A program made the position numbers and the translations under genes. A stretch of 64,000 nt of DNA from Girardia tigrina (Eukaryota): positions 144,700 to 208,699 of the forward strand of contig MQRK01230279.1 in the NCBI GenBank assembly GCA_001938485.1, given 5' to 3'. Below, in pieces: positions 52,967 through 64,000 of this stretch. The notes below the pieces were generated by a model. It worked only from the letters and a program-made list of their open reading frames with translations, was not told the DNA's origin and made no database searches. The first letter of the stretch is position 1; each line of letters begins with the position of its first letter.

Positions 52967-54309
52967 CGAGGGGTGTCCCAAAAGTTCACGGACTGAGAGA
53001 ATATGGCGTGGTCATGTGTGTGCGTGACTGTAACGCGCGGTGTGTGTACGATGACATGATGGGGGAACCAACCAATTGTAATTGAGGTGAACTCTCATTG
53101 GCTGCCCTTCGGCATGTGTGTGACATACAATGTATTATTTTGTCATTTTTCTCTCTTGTAGTTAGTATGGAAAAGGCAGTGAAATCTCAACGAGCAATCA
53201 TCTATTTCCTCTGGAAGGAAGACACCCCCACTGCAGATATTGTGCACCGTTTACACCGCGTCTTTGGTGGGAAGAACGGCTGTCTTTAAGTGGGTGCAAC
53301 AATTCCGGGCAGGGCGTCAATCATTGGAGGATGATGAACGCAGTGGGCGACCAACAACTTCCGGATGTCAAGAAAATGTGAAAGTTATCGAGGAAGTCAT
53401 TATTTGCGACAGATGTCTCACTATCCGTGAGATAGCAGCTATTACAGGCGTTTCTAAAAGTCGGGTGCACCGCATCATGTCAGAGGAGCTGCATATCAGG
53501 AAACTGACAGCCAGGCGGGTGCCGCGCCTCCTCAACAACGACCAGAAGGCTAATCAAAAGTCTGCTTGTCAAGAACTGATGCAATTGGTTCATGATTTCG
53601 GTGAGGCGTTGTGGTCACGGATGGCGACAGTGGACAAAACGTGGCTCCTGTTTTATGTTCCTGAAACCAAGGAGCAGTCCCATCAATGGTGCCGCACAGA
53701 TGACAGACCCCTTTAAAGGAGAAGACCGTCCTTTCAGCCGGGAAGGTAATGGTTACAGTACTTTGAGACTGTGATGGGATAATTCACATTGATTACCTGC
53801 TAAAGGGGTCACCATAAACAGCGCATACTACACGAACCTGCTCGACAAAGATCTGCGCAAAGCTCTCAAGAACAAACAGCGGGGAAAGTGGTCATCCATC
53901 CCATTATTGCAACAGGACAACGCACGTCCCAATACAGCGAAGTTGACTGTCAGTACCGTGCAACGATTGGGCTAGACACTTTTGCCTCACCCCCCATATT
54001 CACCGGACCTCGCGCCGAATGATTATCACCTTTTCTCGGCATTGAAGAAACCCCTTCGAGGACATCATTTCGCGAATTTTGATGAAGTGAAAACAGCAGT
54101 CAGTGCGTGGATTGCGGAGACACCGCGTATTTTCTTCGATAATGGTATTAGGAAGTGGACACAGAGATGGAAAAAGTGTGTGAAACTGAATGGTGATTAT
54201 ATTGAAAAGTTCGATAGCGATTCTGATGAGGATTGATCAATTTTTTTAACTGGAATAAACTTTTTGAATTTGTTACTTATCAGTCCGCGAACTTTTGGGA
54301 CACCCCTCG
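52967..54309 (+). mobile_element. Full-length mariner, Hsmar2/irritans-like TIR
   Basis: TIR CGAGGGGTGTCCCAAAAGTTC(A/G)CGGACTGA both ends, TA TSD. RVPRLL, TVDKTW, QQDNARP, HPPYSPDLAPNDY. Confidence 0.95.
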
Positions 54310-54351
54310 TACTTAAACTACGATATATTTTAAAGATTTTAATTTAAAATA

Positions 54352-55635
54352 CGCCAAAACTTCCAATAATCCCCCTGAGAGATTATTCTATTTTTTAAAA
54401 AAAGGGAAAAACAAGGGTATTATTAGAAAATTTTAAAAATCAAAATGTTTATTGAAAAAATCAAATTTATTCATGAATTTCTGAATAGCTAAATTCCAAA
54501 TAGTCCTCACCATCAAGAACTTGACGATTTATATTTATTTATTTATATATTCTACCAGATTTGGTACACTCACAAGTATCAGATTGAAACCATTTAGCAA
54601 TTTGGCATACAGACAGTCTTTAAATGATTTAAACCAAAAGGCAAACGGCCTAGGATTATAAAAAACAAAATCTTTCTTTTTTGCAAATGATCTTTTGCCT
54701 CTTTGGAAATTTGGGATCGAGCATTATCAAATATAAGAATTTCTTTAGGTCGTAACCATGAGTAACATGTAATCAATCGACATTTTGAACAACTTCGTGC
54801 TGATCTAGGATTTCATAGCTGTAATTTGAAAAACTTCATTTTTTGTAGAGATTGGTTCATTTTTTTTCTTTCAAAATAATAGTCTGGGAAAGTTTTCTTC
54901 TTACTGCAGATGCACCATAAATATTAATGATCCTTAATCTAGACATACCAACTGCTACAACAGGGACCTTTTTAGCACCAATTTGTTTAATTGTTTTGAA
55001 ATGATCATCTTCGATAAAGATTGTCGTTTCATCAAATCATAAATATTTTTTAACAGAATCTTGTCTTCGTTGATGAGGCATTTGAAATGAATAATAAAGC
55101 TTAATCCTCTTTTAATTACTTCATCATCATCTAAGCTACATATTATGTTAGCTTTTCCGATTGTTAACTGGTTTTTCTCTTAAGAAATTTATCCAGCCAA
55201 TTAGTTGATACCTCAAATGTTGAATGATCCAATTTCGAAGCAATCTCTTTAGCCAATTGAACAATAATTTTTCTCGATAATCTTTTACTTTATAGTCGCT
55301 CATATTGAATTTTTTTCAACTACCAAACGATCTAATTCAACACACATCATTTTTCTTCCAGTGCCGTTCAAGCAATAGCGATCTGGATCTGTACCACAAA
55401 TAGCCTCTTCGACCGCAAGCCATTTTGTCAGTGTTTTACGATCTATTTTGATTTTTTTGCTCTTTGGAGCTTGTTTTCTCCAGCCTTATAATCATTAATT
55501 GCTTCTTTATTTAAAAAATTTTCAGCGCGGGGATTTATTAAAAGTGGAGGATTATTCTCTAGAAAACATTTGATCAGAATTAACAACTTTACTGGAAGAT
55601 TATTAGAAAATGGGGGATTATTATAAGTTTTAGAG
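54352..55635 (-). mobile_element. Decayed pogo-family transposon (CENP-B HTH plus partial DDE)
   Basis: TIR CGCCAAAACTTCCAATAATCCCCC vs CTCTAAAACTTATAATAATCCCCC, TA flanks. IDRKTLTKW, FEVSTNWLDKFLKR, DETTIF, LIFDNARSQ. Confidence 0.8.
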
Positions 55636-56947
55636 TATTTAAATTATATAATTGCATGTTTGAATAATCTAAATATTTGAAAGAGTCTAAATATCATCCA
55701 CCATCTTCTATAAAAAAACATACAAGCTTCAATTCGAAAATATTCCTCACACTCATTTAAAAAATATTAAATTTTCTTGGATATGACTAATTAAAAACTA
55801 AATTAAAAAACCTAGATGAGTACAATTTATGATAGAAAAATAAATCATGTTTTTTATTGTTATTTCAGTTTATGTTATCTTCAATATTAGAACTTATTAT
55901 GTATAATTTAAAACAAATTTTCATATCCCTTTCTTTACACACTTTCATCATTGGTATTTTCGATTTTCCTTTTTTAAAAATCGATATTCATTTATTTAGT
56001 TAAATCTTTTTATTCATTTTAAAATTTTATAAAATTATTATAATTGTATTACACAAAATTATTTTAAATTAATATTCTAAAATGTGTTTATATTTCTTTT
56101 ATGTGAAATTTCTTTAAACATTTATTCAAGTTTTAGGATTTTTGAATTATTCATTTTTAGTGTTTTTTAAATATCTTTTTTAATTTTTATTCTTTCATGT
56201 CACTGTTTTTATAAAATACACGTTAGTTTTTTTGTGATATTAAATTATTTTTCTAATGTTTATTTTTTGAAAAACTTTGAATTATAAATACTTTATTTAT
56301 TGTAATTTTAAATAGCCCTTTTTCTTACATATTTATACATGATCTTCGAATTTTCGAATTTTGTTTTTTGGATTTTTAAAATTACAATATTAAATCGAAT
56401 TTTCTAAATAAATTATTTGGAGAGATAAAGTTTTAACTAACTCATCATGTTTATAATTCAATACACTCAACACCTAAAATTAAAATGTCTAAATATTTTT
56501 TTTGGAATTATTTAGATAATACTATCTTGAGATCTTTAGACAAAGTAATAAAAGTAAAATTCTGAATGTGAACCAAATAAAATATTGACAAAAGTATAAA
56601 ATGTCAATTGAATCTCTTATCAGTTGGAGAATCTTGTCAAATCTAAAACAAATACCCATTAATAAAATTTGTCTGATTCTTTCGAATATTCAATTCTATT
56701 ATAGAATAGAATTTCTATAATGGTTTCATTTTCGACCATTTTGTTTAATTAATTAAATCTATTACATCTAGTTACGTGAGAAACATACCCTGGGGTCCAC
56801 AATAAAAAAAATTAAATAATTATGGCCTACCCTGTATAAATATCAATTACGTATATAATTGTACTTGAACATGTCGATACTAAGAATCTTATTTTATCTC
56901 TCCTTTGCAGTTATTAACAACATCAATTATTATTACAAATAGAATTA

Positions 56948-58120
56948 CAGTAGAATTCGGTTAATAGCACAACCCTCCGGACCTGAAAAAGTTTGCTATT
57001 AACCGAGAAAGATTGTTTGAATACCACTTCATTAATAAAAAACAGTAAGTGTAATAACATACATACTGTGAGGAATATTTTAAATTGTTTGAATGTGTAA
57101 ATGTAGTGATGCTGTAGGTTGATTTAAGTATGTTGAATTTAGAATGGTGATTCTCCCACCCAGATGGAAATTGGTATTTTTTTATTTAAATTTAAAGTGA
57201 TTGACTATTCGAACATAATTAAAATAATCATTTTATAAGTTAATATTTTTAATTTTCAATTAAAATTAAGTTTATTATTTTTTGGTAAAATTTAAATTAA
57301 ATGTATTTTTAATAATTTGATGACATTTTTATTATTTTGGGATTTATTGAGAACTGGTAAAATTTATTATTTTTAATTAATATTAATTAATATATTTTAA
57401 AAAAATAACTTAGAAAAATTGTTCGAATAATCATGATTGAAAGAGAAATAAGAAAACCAATTAGAACGATGGCAAACGATGAAAGACTTTCTGAGAGTCA
57501 TAATGACTCTAAATGTGATTGTAATAAAAATTCAAACGACACTTGTCTAAATGTTCTTAATACATACATAACAACATGTATAGTAAAGTACAATATGAAA
57601 TTACAATTTTACAAAATAATGGTTTGTTTCATTTTCCTCAAACAGATTTTTGTGACAAAATCGTCAAGACCATCAATTTGGTTTTCTTGTATTATATTTC
57701 TGCTCTCTTTGCTATGCAAAAATAAACGTATTTTAGCCAAATAGCCTTTTACTTCTATTGCAGTAGGAACTGAGGTAGGAACAATAAGATGCTCGTCTTC
57801 TTTAGATTCATTCTCGTTCACTTTACTTCGGATTTCATCGATAATGGCTTCCTCTGTAAATTCAGTTGTTGTTGTGATTTCTGAATCAATTTTCACGTAG
57901 TCATCAAAGGCCATTCTAGAAATGTGCAGTCGATCTTATTCGTTTTCTCCTTCATGTTCATATGTAGACGCGTTACCTAGATTGTGATGCTCAAGAGACG
58001 ACAGTGTGAAGCCAAGATGAGAAAAGCAATTGGAAATCGTGGATGATTTAACCTCATTCCAAGCTCGTCTCAACAAATTAATGGCATCTAAAAGATCAAA
58101 GCTGAACTCACAAAGTCATT
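56948..58120 (-). mobile_element. Tigger/pogo transposon 3' part (interrupted by solo LTR)
   Basis: TA|CAGTAGAATTCGGTTAATAGC terminus. DLLDAINLLRRAWNEVKSSTISNCF and FDDYVKIDSEI...KMKQTII, typical Tigger C-terminus. Confidence 0.85.
57067..57562. mobile_element. Solo LTR-like repeat, copy 3 of 3, exact 5-bp TSD
   Basis: CATAC|TGTGAGGAAT...GTTCTTAATA|CATAC. Confidence 0.85.
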
Positions 58121-58945
58121 TGTCATCTTTTCTTTCCACGTGATCTTCAGCATTCTCCTGCGGTACTTCATTTCAAACGCTTTAAGTCTATCCATGCTCT
58201 TCTGAATTATTGACCAACTCTCTCATCCATAGAGGAGTGTCGCCCAGATAATAGCCTTAGTGATCTTTAATCTGCTCTTAAGATGGATTTCTTTGAGGTT
58301 AAAAACTGTGTTAATTTAATCATTGCGCTTGTTGATATACCAATCCGGCTTCTGATTTTTTCTTCGCTTCATCCATTCTCTGTGATATTAGAGCCTAAGT
58401 ATTTGAAACTTTTAACTTGTTCCAGCTTCTCCCCTTCAATGAAAATCTCCAGTTTAACCTCGTTGTAATGGTTTCCTGAAACCATTATTTTGCTTTTTTG
58501 CCTGTTGATTTCTATTCCAATTTTTTTTGACGCTTTGTGTAATCTATTTGTAAGTTCCTGAATCTCTCTCTCATCTTTGCCGATTAGGTCTATGTCGTCA
58601 GCAAATCGTAGGCTGGTTATTCTTGTTTCTCCGCAGCTTATTCCAACATTGTCTAAATCGTCTATTGCTTGCATAACAATTCTCTCAAGAAAAATGTTGA
58701 ACAGTGTTGACAAAAGAATGCAACCTTGTCTTACTTCTACTGATGATTTAAACCAGTTGATAAATTGCTTACTTGTCAACACTTTTGTCTTTGCGTCTTC
58801 GTAAAGGCTCTTAATAATTTTCGTGATATGTTTTCCTATGTTGTGTTTATTCATAGTGTGCCATAGTGCTTCGTGCAACACCCTGTCAAAAGCTTTTTTG
58901 AAATCTATAAAGTTTTGACAAATTATTCTTTTGTGGTCTCTGTTT
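58120..58945 (-). mobile_element. RTE-like LINE reverse transcriptase fragment
   Basis: FIDFKKAFDRV, VRQGCILLSTLFNI, LRFADDIDL, FKYLGS, LLYG*ESW, AFEMKYRRRMLKITW. Confidence 0.9.
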
Positions 58946-59059
58946 TTAAGTTATAATTATTACTTCAAATTATATAATGATGATATCAATAAAATTAAGT
59001 TAATGAAGAATAAAATATGATCAATTAGTTACATTAAACTCCAATATTCTAAAAGGAAC

Positions 59060-59780
59060 ACAAAATCAGCGTTTGCTAGAAAAGAAAATACCCTAAATTT
59101 TAAGCATTTGTTAGGTAGTAATTAATAGAGGTCAATTCTTATGCAAGATAAGAAAATGATTAAAATTTATGTAGGAAATGTTAACCTTTAGTCTAGCAAA
59201 TGCTAGGGTGAATGCTAGATAGTTCTGCAGCTATCTAGATGAATCTTCTAACCAATATGATGAATGTCTTGAATGCTTTGATTTTAAATATTTTTCATAT
59301 TGAAGGAATGAGAAGTGCTTTAATTACAAATAATTTCCTAAAATCGAATTAGGGGCTTCAAGAAATTTTCATGACAAAGGATTACTTCAATTTAAAGATT
59401 ATCATGATAATATTTTATTCTGAAATTTATTATTTTAATAACATTTAAAATGCAAAGTTTAGTAAAATAAAAACCAGCCTTTTAATAAAATTTAAAGTTT
59501 AATTTATTTTTATGTAAAATTAATAAAATTCAAATTCTAAAAAACACTTTTATTAACAATATTGCCATTTAAGGATTACTAAATGAAAAAGGTTGCTAAA
59601 AAATTAAATAATTTTAAAGTACACTTGATTGGTCAAGAGCCATAGCAACGCTTAAGTAATTGCTAGATAGTTAATACTAGGACTAGTTTCTTTTCTTGCA
59701 TAAGAATCATAGCATTTGCTAGCATGAGTATTTGCTAGGTAGCATTTGCTCAAACTTAACTTCTTTTCTTGCATACCGTT
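59060..59780. mobile_element. MITE-like element with inverted repeats and dispersed TAGCATTTGCTAG motifs
   Basis: ATTCTTATGCAAGATAAGAAA (~59135) vs TTTCTTTTCTTGCATAAGAAT (~59687). Partial repeat at 59761. TAGCA(T/A)TTGCTAG variants at ~59102, 59193, 59711, 59740. Boundaries unclear. Confidence 0.5.
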
Positions 59781-60229
59781 GAATATTGAATAATTATCTT
59801 ATTGAACTCAGTTTTCGTACGTTTTGCCCAGTTACTAATTTAAAATCAACACATATTTTATATTTTTTAAATATTAAAATCTTAATGATCATAATTCATA
59901 AATAAAATATACCGCTTTATATAATAAATAAATGACTGATTTTATATTATCCTTTGGCTGCTAAATTATATTTAATTATCTATTCTCTAACAGCTAATTT
60001 TCTTATAGGTACAACATATCTTACATGAAATTGCACTTAGATAAATAAGAACAAGGTTTTTAACTTTACATTTGACAACAGATTTTATGATATAATCATG
60101 CTACATAATATTAATATAAAATACAAAACATTTTTTGAAAAACTAAAAATGTGAATATTTATGCTTACCACTTTATAATTGTAACAATTAATTTTTTTCT
60201 CAGTTTAAATCAAAATGTTTGACTAATTT

Positions 60230-60261
<32 letters not shown>

Positions 60262-60311
60262 NNNNNNNNNNNNNNNNNNNNNNNNNNNNNNNNNNNNNNN
60301 NNNNNNNNNNN

Positions 60312-60356
<45 letters not shown>

Positions 60357-60626
60357 TTTTTTGTTAAATATAGAGAACCACAAATTTACTCAAAATTTAT
60401 ATTCAAAAAACACGATTAACGAAACGAATATAGATCATTAATTTGTAAACACTTCATTTTTGAAGTCCGCGCTCCTGGCAGTCGTTTAAAACAAATTTCG
60501 AATTGCCGTTGATTGCCAATATTTATAAATAAATATCAATATACATAATAATCGTATAATAATTATTAGATAATATACAACATTTTTAAAGTTTACACTT
60601 AAAATATATATATATATATATATATA

Positions 60627-63040
60627 TGCAATATGATAATTTAATATAAATAGTAATATATTAGTTAATTTTCCTCACACCCCCCTTCTTTAAAATGTTT
60701 TAGCCACTATATTCCGAGATATCAATCTACTTGTTTTATTTTCTAATTCTACACTCCGGTTGTGTATATTCCGAATAATTCGATATGGCCCTTCATATCG
60801 ATCCGTTCCTTTTAATCTATTTTCAAATTTCAACAATACCAAATCCCCTTGTTTAAAACATCGTTTCTGTATATATGTTTGAGGTTTTTTGTTTTCAATT
60901 TGTTGTACTTCTTCGATAATTTTTTTATTGTCAAGATCATAACGGCGCCATCCATGCAATATTATCCGTTTTCCGAAAACAATTTTTGATGGGCTAAATT
61001 TTGTTGTACTCTACTTAGAAGTATTAATTCTGAATTCAATTTCCGGTAAAATATCAACCCCATTTTTTCTGCTGATATATTTCAATGTTGCATTTAGGGC
61101 ATCTCTAATAGTACGGAACTGCCGTTCATAAATTCCATTAGCGCTGTGGTGATATGGGCTCGAAAATTGCAATTTCATTAACATTGATTTGGTAAAATCT
61201 GTGAAAGATCTTGATTCAAAAAATTTTCCTCGATCTATATGAATACATGCCGGAGCTCCAAATTTTAATATCCACTGCCTCATAATCGTTTGGATTGTAG
61301 TTGTATCATTTTGAGTATTAACAGCTGTCAAGCTTATATATCGACTGAATCTGTCTATGATTTCCAAAATGTATTTCTTTCCATTTATTACTGGCATTTG
61401 ACCACAGAAGTCTACATATTTATCGTCAAAGGGTCGTTTTGATATTAGATTGATCGTTTCTTCTTTTGTTTATTTTGTGTATGTTTTTGATAATTGACAA
61501 CCTATACAACTTCATACTATTTGTTCAACTTGTTTTGTAAGATCCTCCATAGCGTATTTATTCATCAAGATGTTTTCTTGTCTCCCGCATGACACAAAAA
61601 TTTATGGAAAAATATAATGCAGTCATTTCTAGAGCTTTTCAGAATCCAAATGTTATCGTCAACTGTTCTAATACATCCGTCTTTAAATGCAAAATCTTGT
61701 ATTAATCCTTCTTTTATCCCGCTCATAATTCCACGAATTTCATCATTGTTCTGTTGCCACGGGATATGCAGTTCTTCATCTAATACCAGCATTGGAGTTC
61801 GTTGCTTACTTATTTTTGTTTCTTCATGTTTCATCATACATTGGGCACACACCATACATTCTTTCCTCGATAATGCATCCGCATTTTGATGCAATTCACC
61901 TTTTCTGTATTCAAAAATCATGTCTAAACTACTCAAGTAGTTCATCCAGTTCTGAAATTGTGGCGTTATTGGCTTTTTTGTCGTCATCATAAAAACAATC
62001 GCTTTGTGATCTGTCCTTAATTTAAAACGAGTCCCATACAGGAAATGTTTGAAATGTTGTGTGAAGTCGACGATTGCCAATAATTCTTTTCTGGTTATGT
62101 AATATACTATTTCATGTTTTGATATTGCTTTAGATCCATAAGAAATATCTCGTTCTTCTCTGTGGTCATTTACTTGGGATAAAACAGCTCTAATCGTATC
62201 GAAGGACGCATCTGTGTCCAAAACAAATGTATTCGTGAAATATGGATACATTAGTGCAAGTGCTCTCGTCAAAGACTCTTTCAACTTATTAAATGCTGCT
62301 GAGTGTAAAGCCGTCCAAAATTAAGTGTCTTTAGAAGTACTGCACATGGATTCCAAAGATCTTGCTAATTTAGAATAATTTGAAATGAATTATAATAGTT
62401 GCATAAACCCAGGAAACTGCGAAGCTTTTTGACGCATTTTGATTGTTGGAATTCCAAGAGGGTTTTTATTTTAAGTGTATCTGTTTTTATACCTTCTCTA
62501 TTCACCACATGACCAAGAAAGTGCAGTTCATTTTGAAACAATTTACATTTCTCTGGATTAATACGTAGACCTGCTTCTTGTACCTTTGAGAACAACTTTT
62601 CCAATCTATCTAAATGTTTTATTTCGGTTTTTGAGAATATCAGAATATCGTCCAAATATACTAACTCTTCTTTCCATAACATGTCTTTAAGAACATCATT
62701 CATCAACCGTTGGAAAGTTGCAGGTGCTGCAGCTATGCCAAATGGCATTCTTATAAAACAGTACTGTCCCGTCTTCGTTGAGAATGCCGTTTTTAATTTT
62801 GAAGACTTTTCTAATTCCACTTGATAGTAAGAGTTTCCTAAGTCTATCGAACTGAACCATTTCATGCCGTTCAATGAATTTTTTTTATCAATATTTTATC
62901 AATATTTGGCAGCGGAAATATTGGTCTCTCAGTAACTTGATTTAGCAGCCTATAATCCAAACACAAACGAATTTCATTTTTATCTTTCTTCCATACACAC
63001 ACCATTGGTGTATTCCATGGTGAGGAACATTTCTCTGTAA
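60627..63040 (-). mobile_element. Decayed Ty3/Gypsy 3' half (RT, RH, IN, PPT, start of 3' LTR)
   Basis: SSPWNTPMVCV, YLDDILIF, FVLDTDAS, IIDRFSRY, DRGKFFES, ANGIYER, RYEGPY. PPT AAGAAGGGGGG then TGTGAGGAA at 60679. Left LTR boundary uncertain. Confidence 0.93.
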
Positions 63041-64000
63041 TAGAGACAACCCTAACCACTTTTTTCAATTCATTTTTATGATTATAATTTGGAATATATT
63101 TACATTTATTTGTTCCATAAAAATTAAATTAGATAAAAAAAGTTTTTATATTTGATTTCGTTATATCAAGTGTTAATATAAATTTGTCTGTTTTTATTTA
63201 TCTATTTATATGATTATAATTCGCGGTTTTATCTTCCACTGTTTTGTCTTTCACAGTTTTTGATAGGTGGTTTTGACTTGTAATCACACAACAATTATAT
63301 AAAAACAAGGTAAAAATTTTAATAAATCTTATGTGAAAAAAATTCTTTTGTAAATTTAAATTTAATCTTTTTGTAGTGTACTTTCATTTTATATTGTCAT
63401 CAAGAAATTGTTCATTTGAAATGTCGAATAATATTATCTGATTTTTTGAAAAATCACTTATTTTACGATGTTAATATTTTATAAATAAACCTTTCAAATT
63501 ATCGTTTCAAATATTTAAAATAATTGTTTATTATTTGTTTGGAACATATTACTATTATTATGGTAAATTGCTTTTTGTTGCTTTTGCAGTACCGATTGTC
63601 GTTTTTGGTTCTTTCATCGAATCGATCGCACCGACAAATAATAATAATTCGACAAATGTGTTCGTCTATGTAACCTTTTATTCGCTGCTCTACAGAAGAG
63701 CGATCGACGTCCAACTGAACTACACGCGCATCTCATTCAACCGTAAACTCGATACCGAATCGATCTTTCGTCTCAATAAAACGACGATCGTTAAATTATG
63801 ATTTAATTTAACTGCGAATTCAATTTCGATTATCGTAATTCAATTCAGTTTTATTCAGCATAATTTCGGCTGGGCACTGAATGACTTGCATCTGTTTGTT
63901 ACATGTAACGAAACTCACTTTCCGAGCAACTGCAGCACTGTCAGTGCAACTCTTTCAGTCTACTTGGCGGTTGTCACTGCTCCATTTCAGAGTCATACTA

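Larger units (their letters stand above)
29589..56720 (+). pseudogene. Candidate decayed multi-exon cell-surface gene (FN3/cadherin-like exon islands interleaved with TEs)
   Basis: AG..GT-bounded or open islands at 41463-41559, 41934-42053, 47820-47876 (YLIQGFRPGNRYLI), 48067-48151, 50399-50454, ~52750-52880 and 56540-56700 (ILNVNQIKY*QKYKMSIES). Several carry stops or an LTR insertion. Confidence 0.3.

Overview
AT-rich eukaryotic (animal) genomic DNA with several N-gaps. A triclad/planarian flatworm is a plausible but unproven guess. The window is a dense, nested transposon graveyard: four decayed Ty3/Gypsy elements, four solo LTRs, four RTE-clade LINE copies, three Penelope (GIY-YIG) fragments, and many DNA transposons (mariner DD34D, rosa DD40-41D, pogo/Tigger, hAT, a piggyBac-type MITE and a Helitron remnant). 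The only confidently recognised host coding sequence is the first coding exon of histone acetyltransferase HAT1 (12890-13327). Scattered plus-strand exon-like islands with FN3/cadherin-like motifs suggest a decayed multi-exon cell-surface gene. The most interesting signals are RNA-level. (i) An RTE family has an HDV-like ribozyme at its 5' end that overlaps the ORF start codon, a covarying 3' stem-loop terminus without poly(A), C-terminal C2H2 zinc fingers and a tandem insertion with a triplicated target site. (ii) Six Penelope-type minimal hammerhead ribozymes keep a 4-nt palindromic stem III in four different sequences. (iii) LTRs with non-canonical TG...TA ends and very short Gypsy LTRs are present. 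(iv) An unclassified decayed ORF lies next to a GC-rich hairpin terminus. No rRNA, tRNA or CRISPR array was seen. All calls were made by eye, without database searches.
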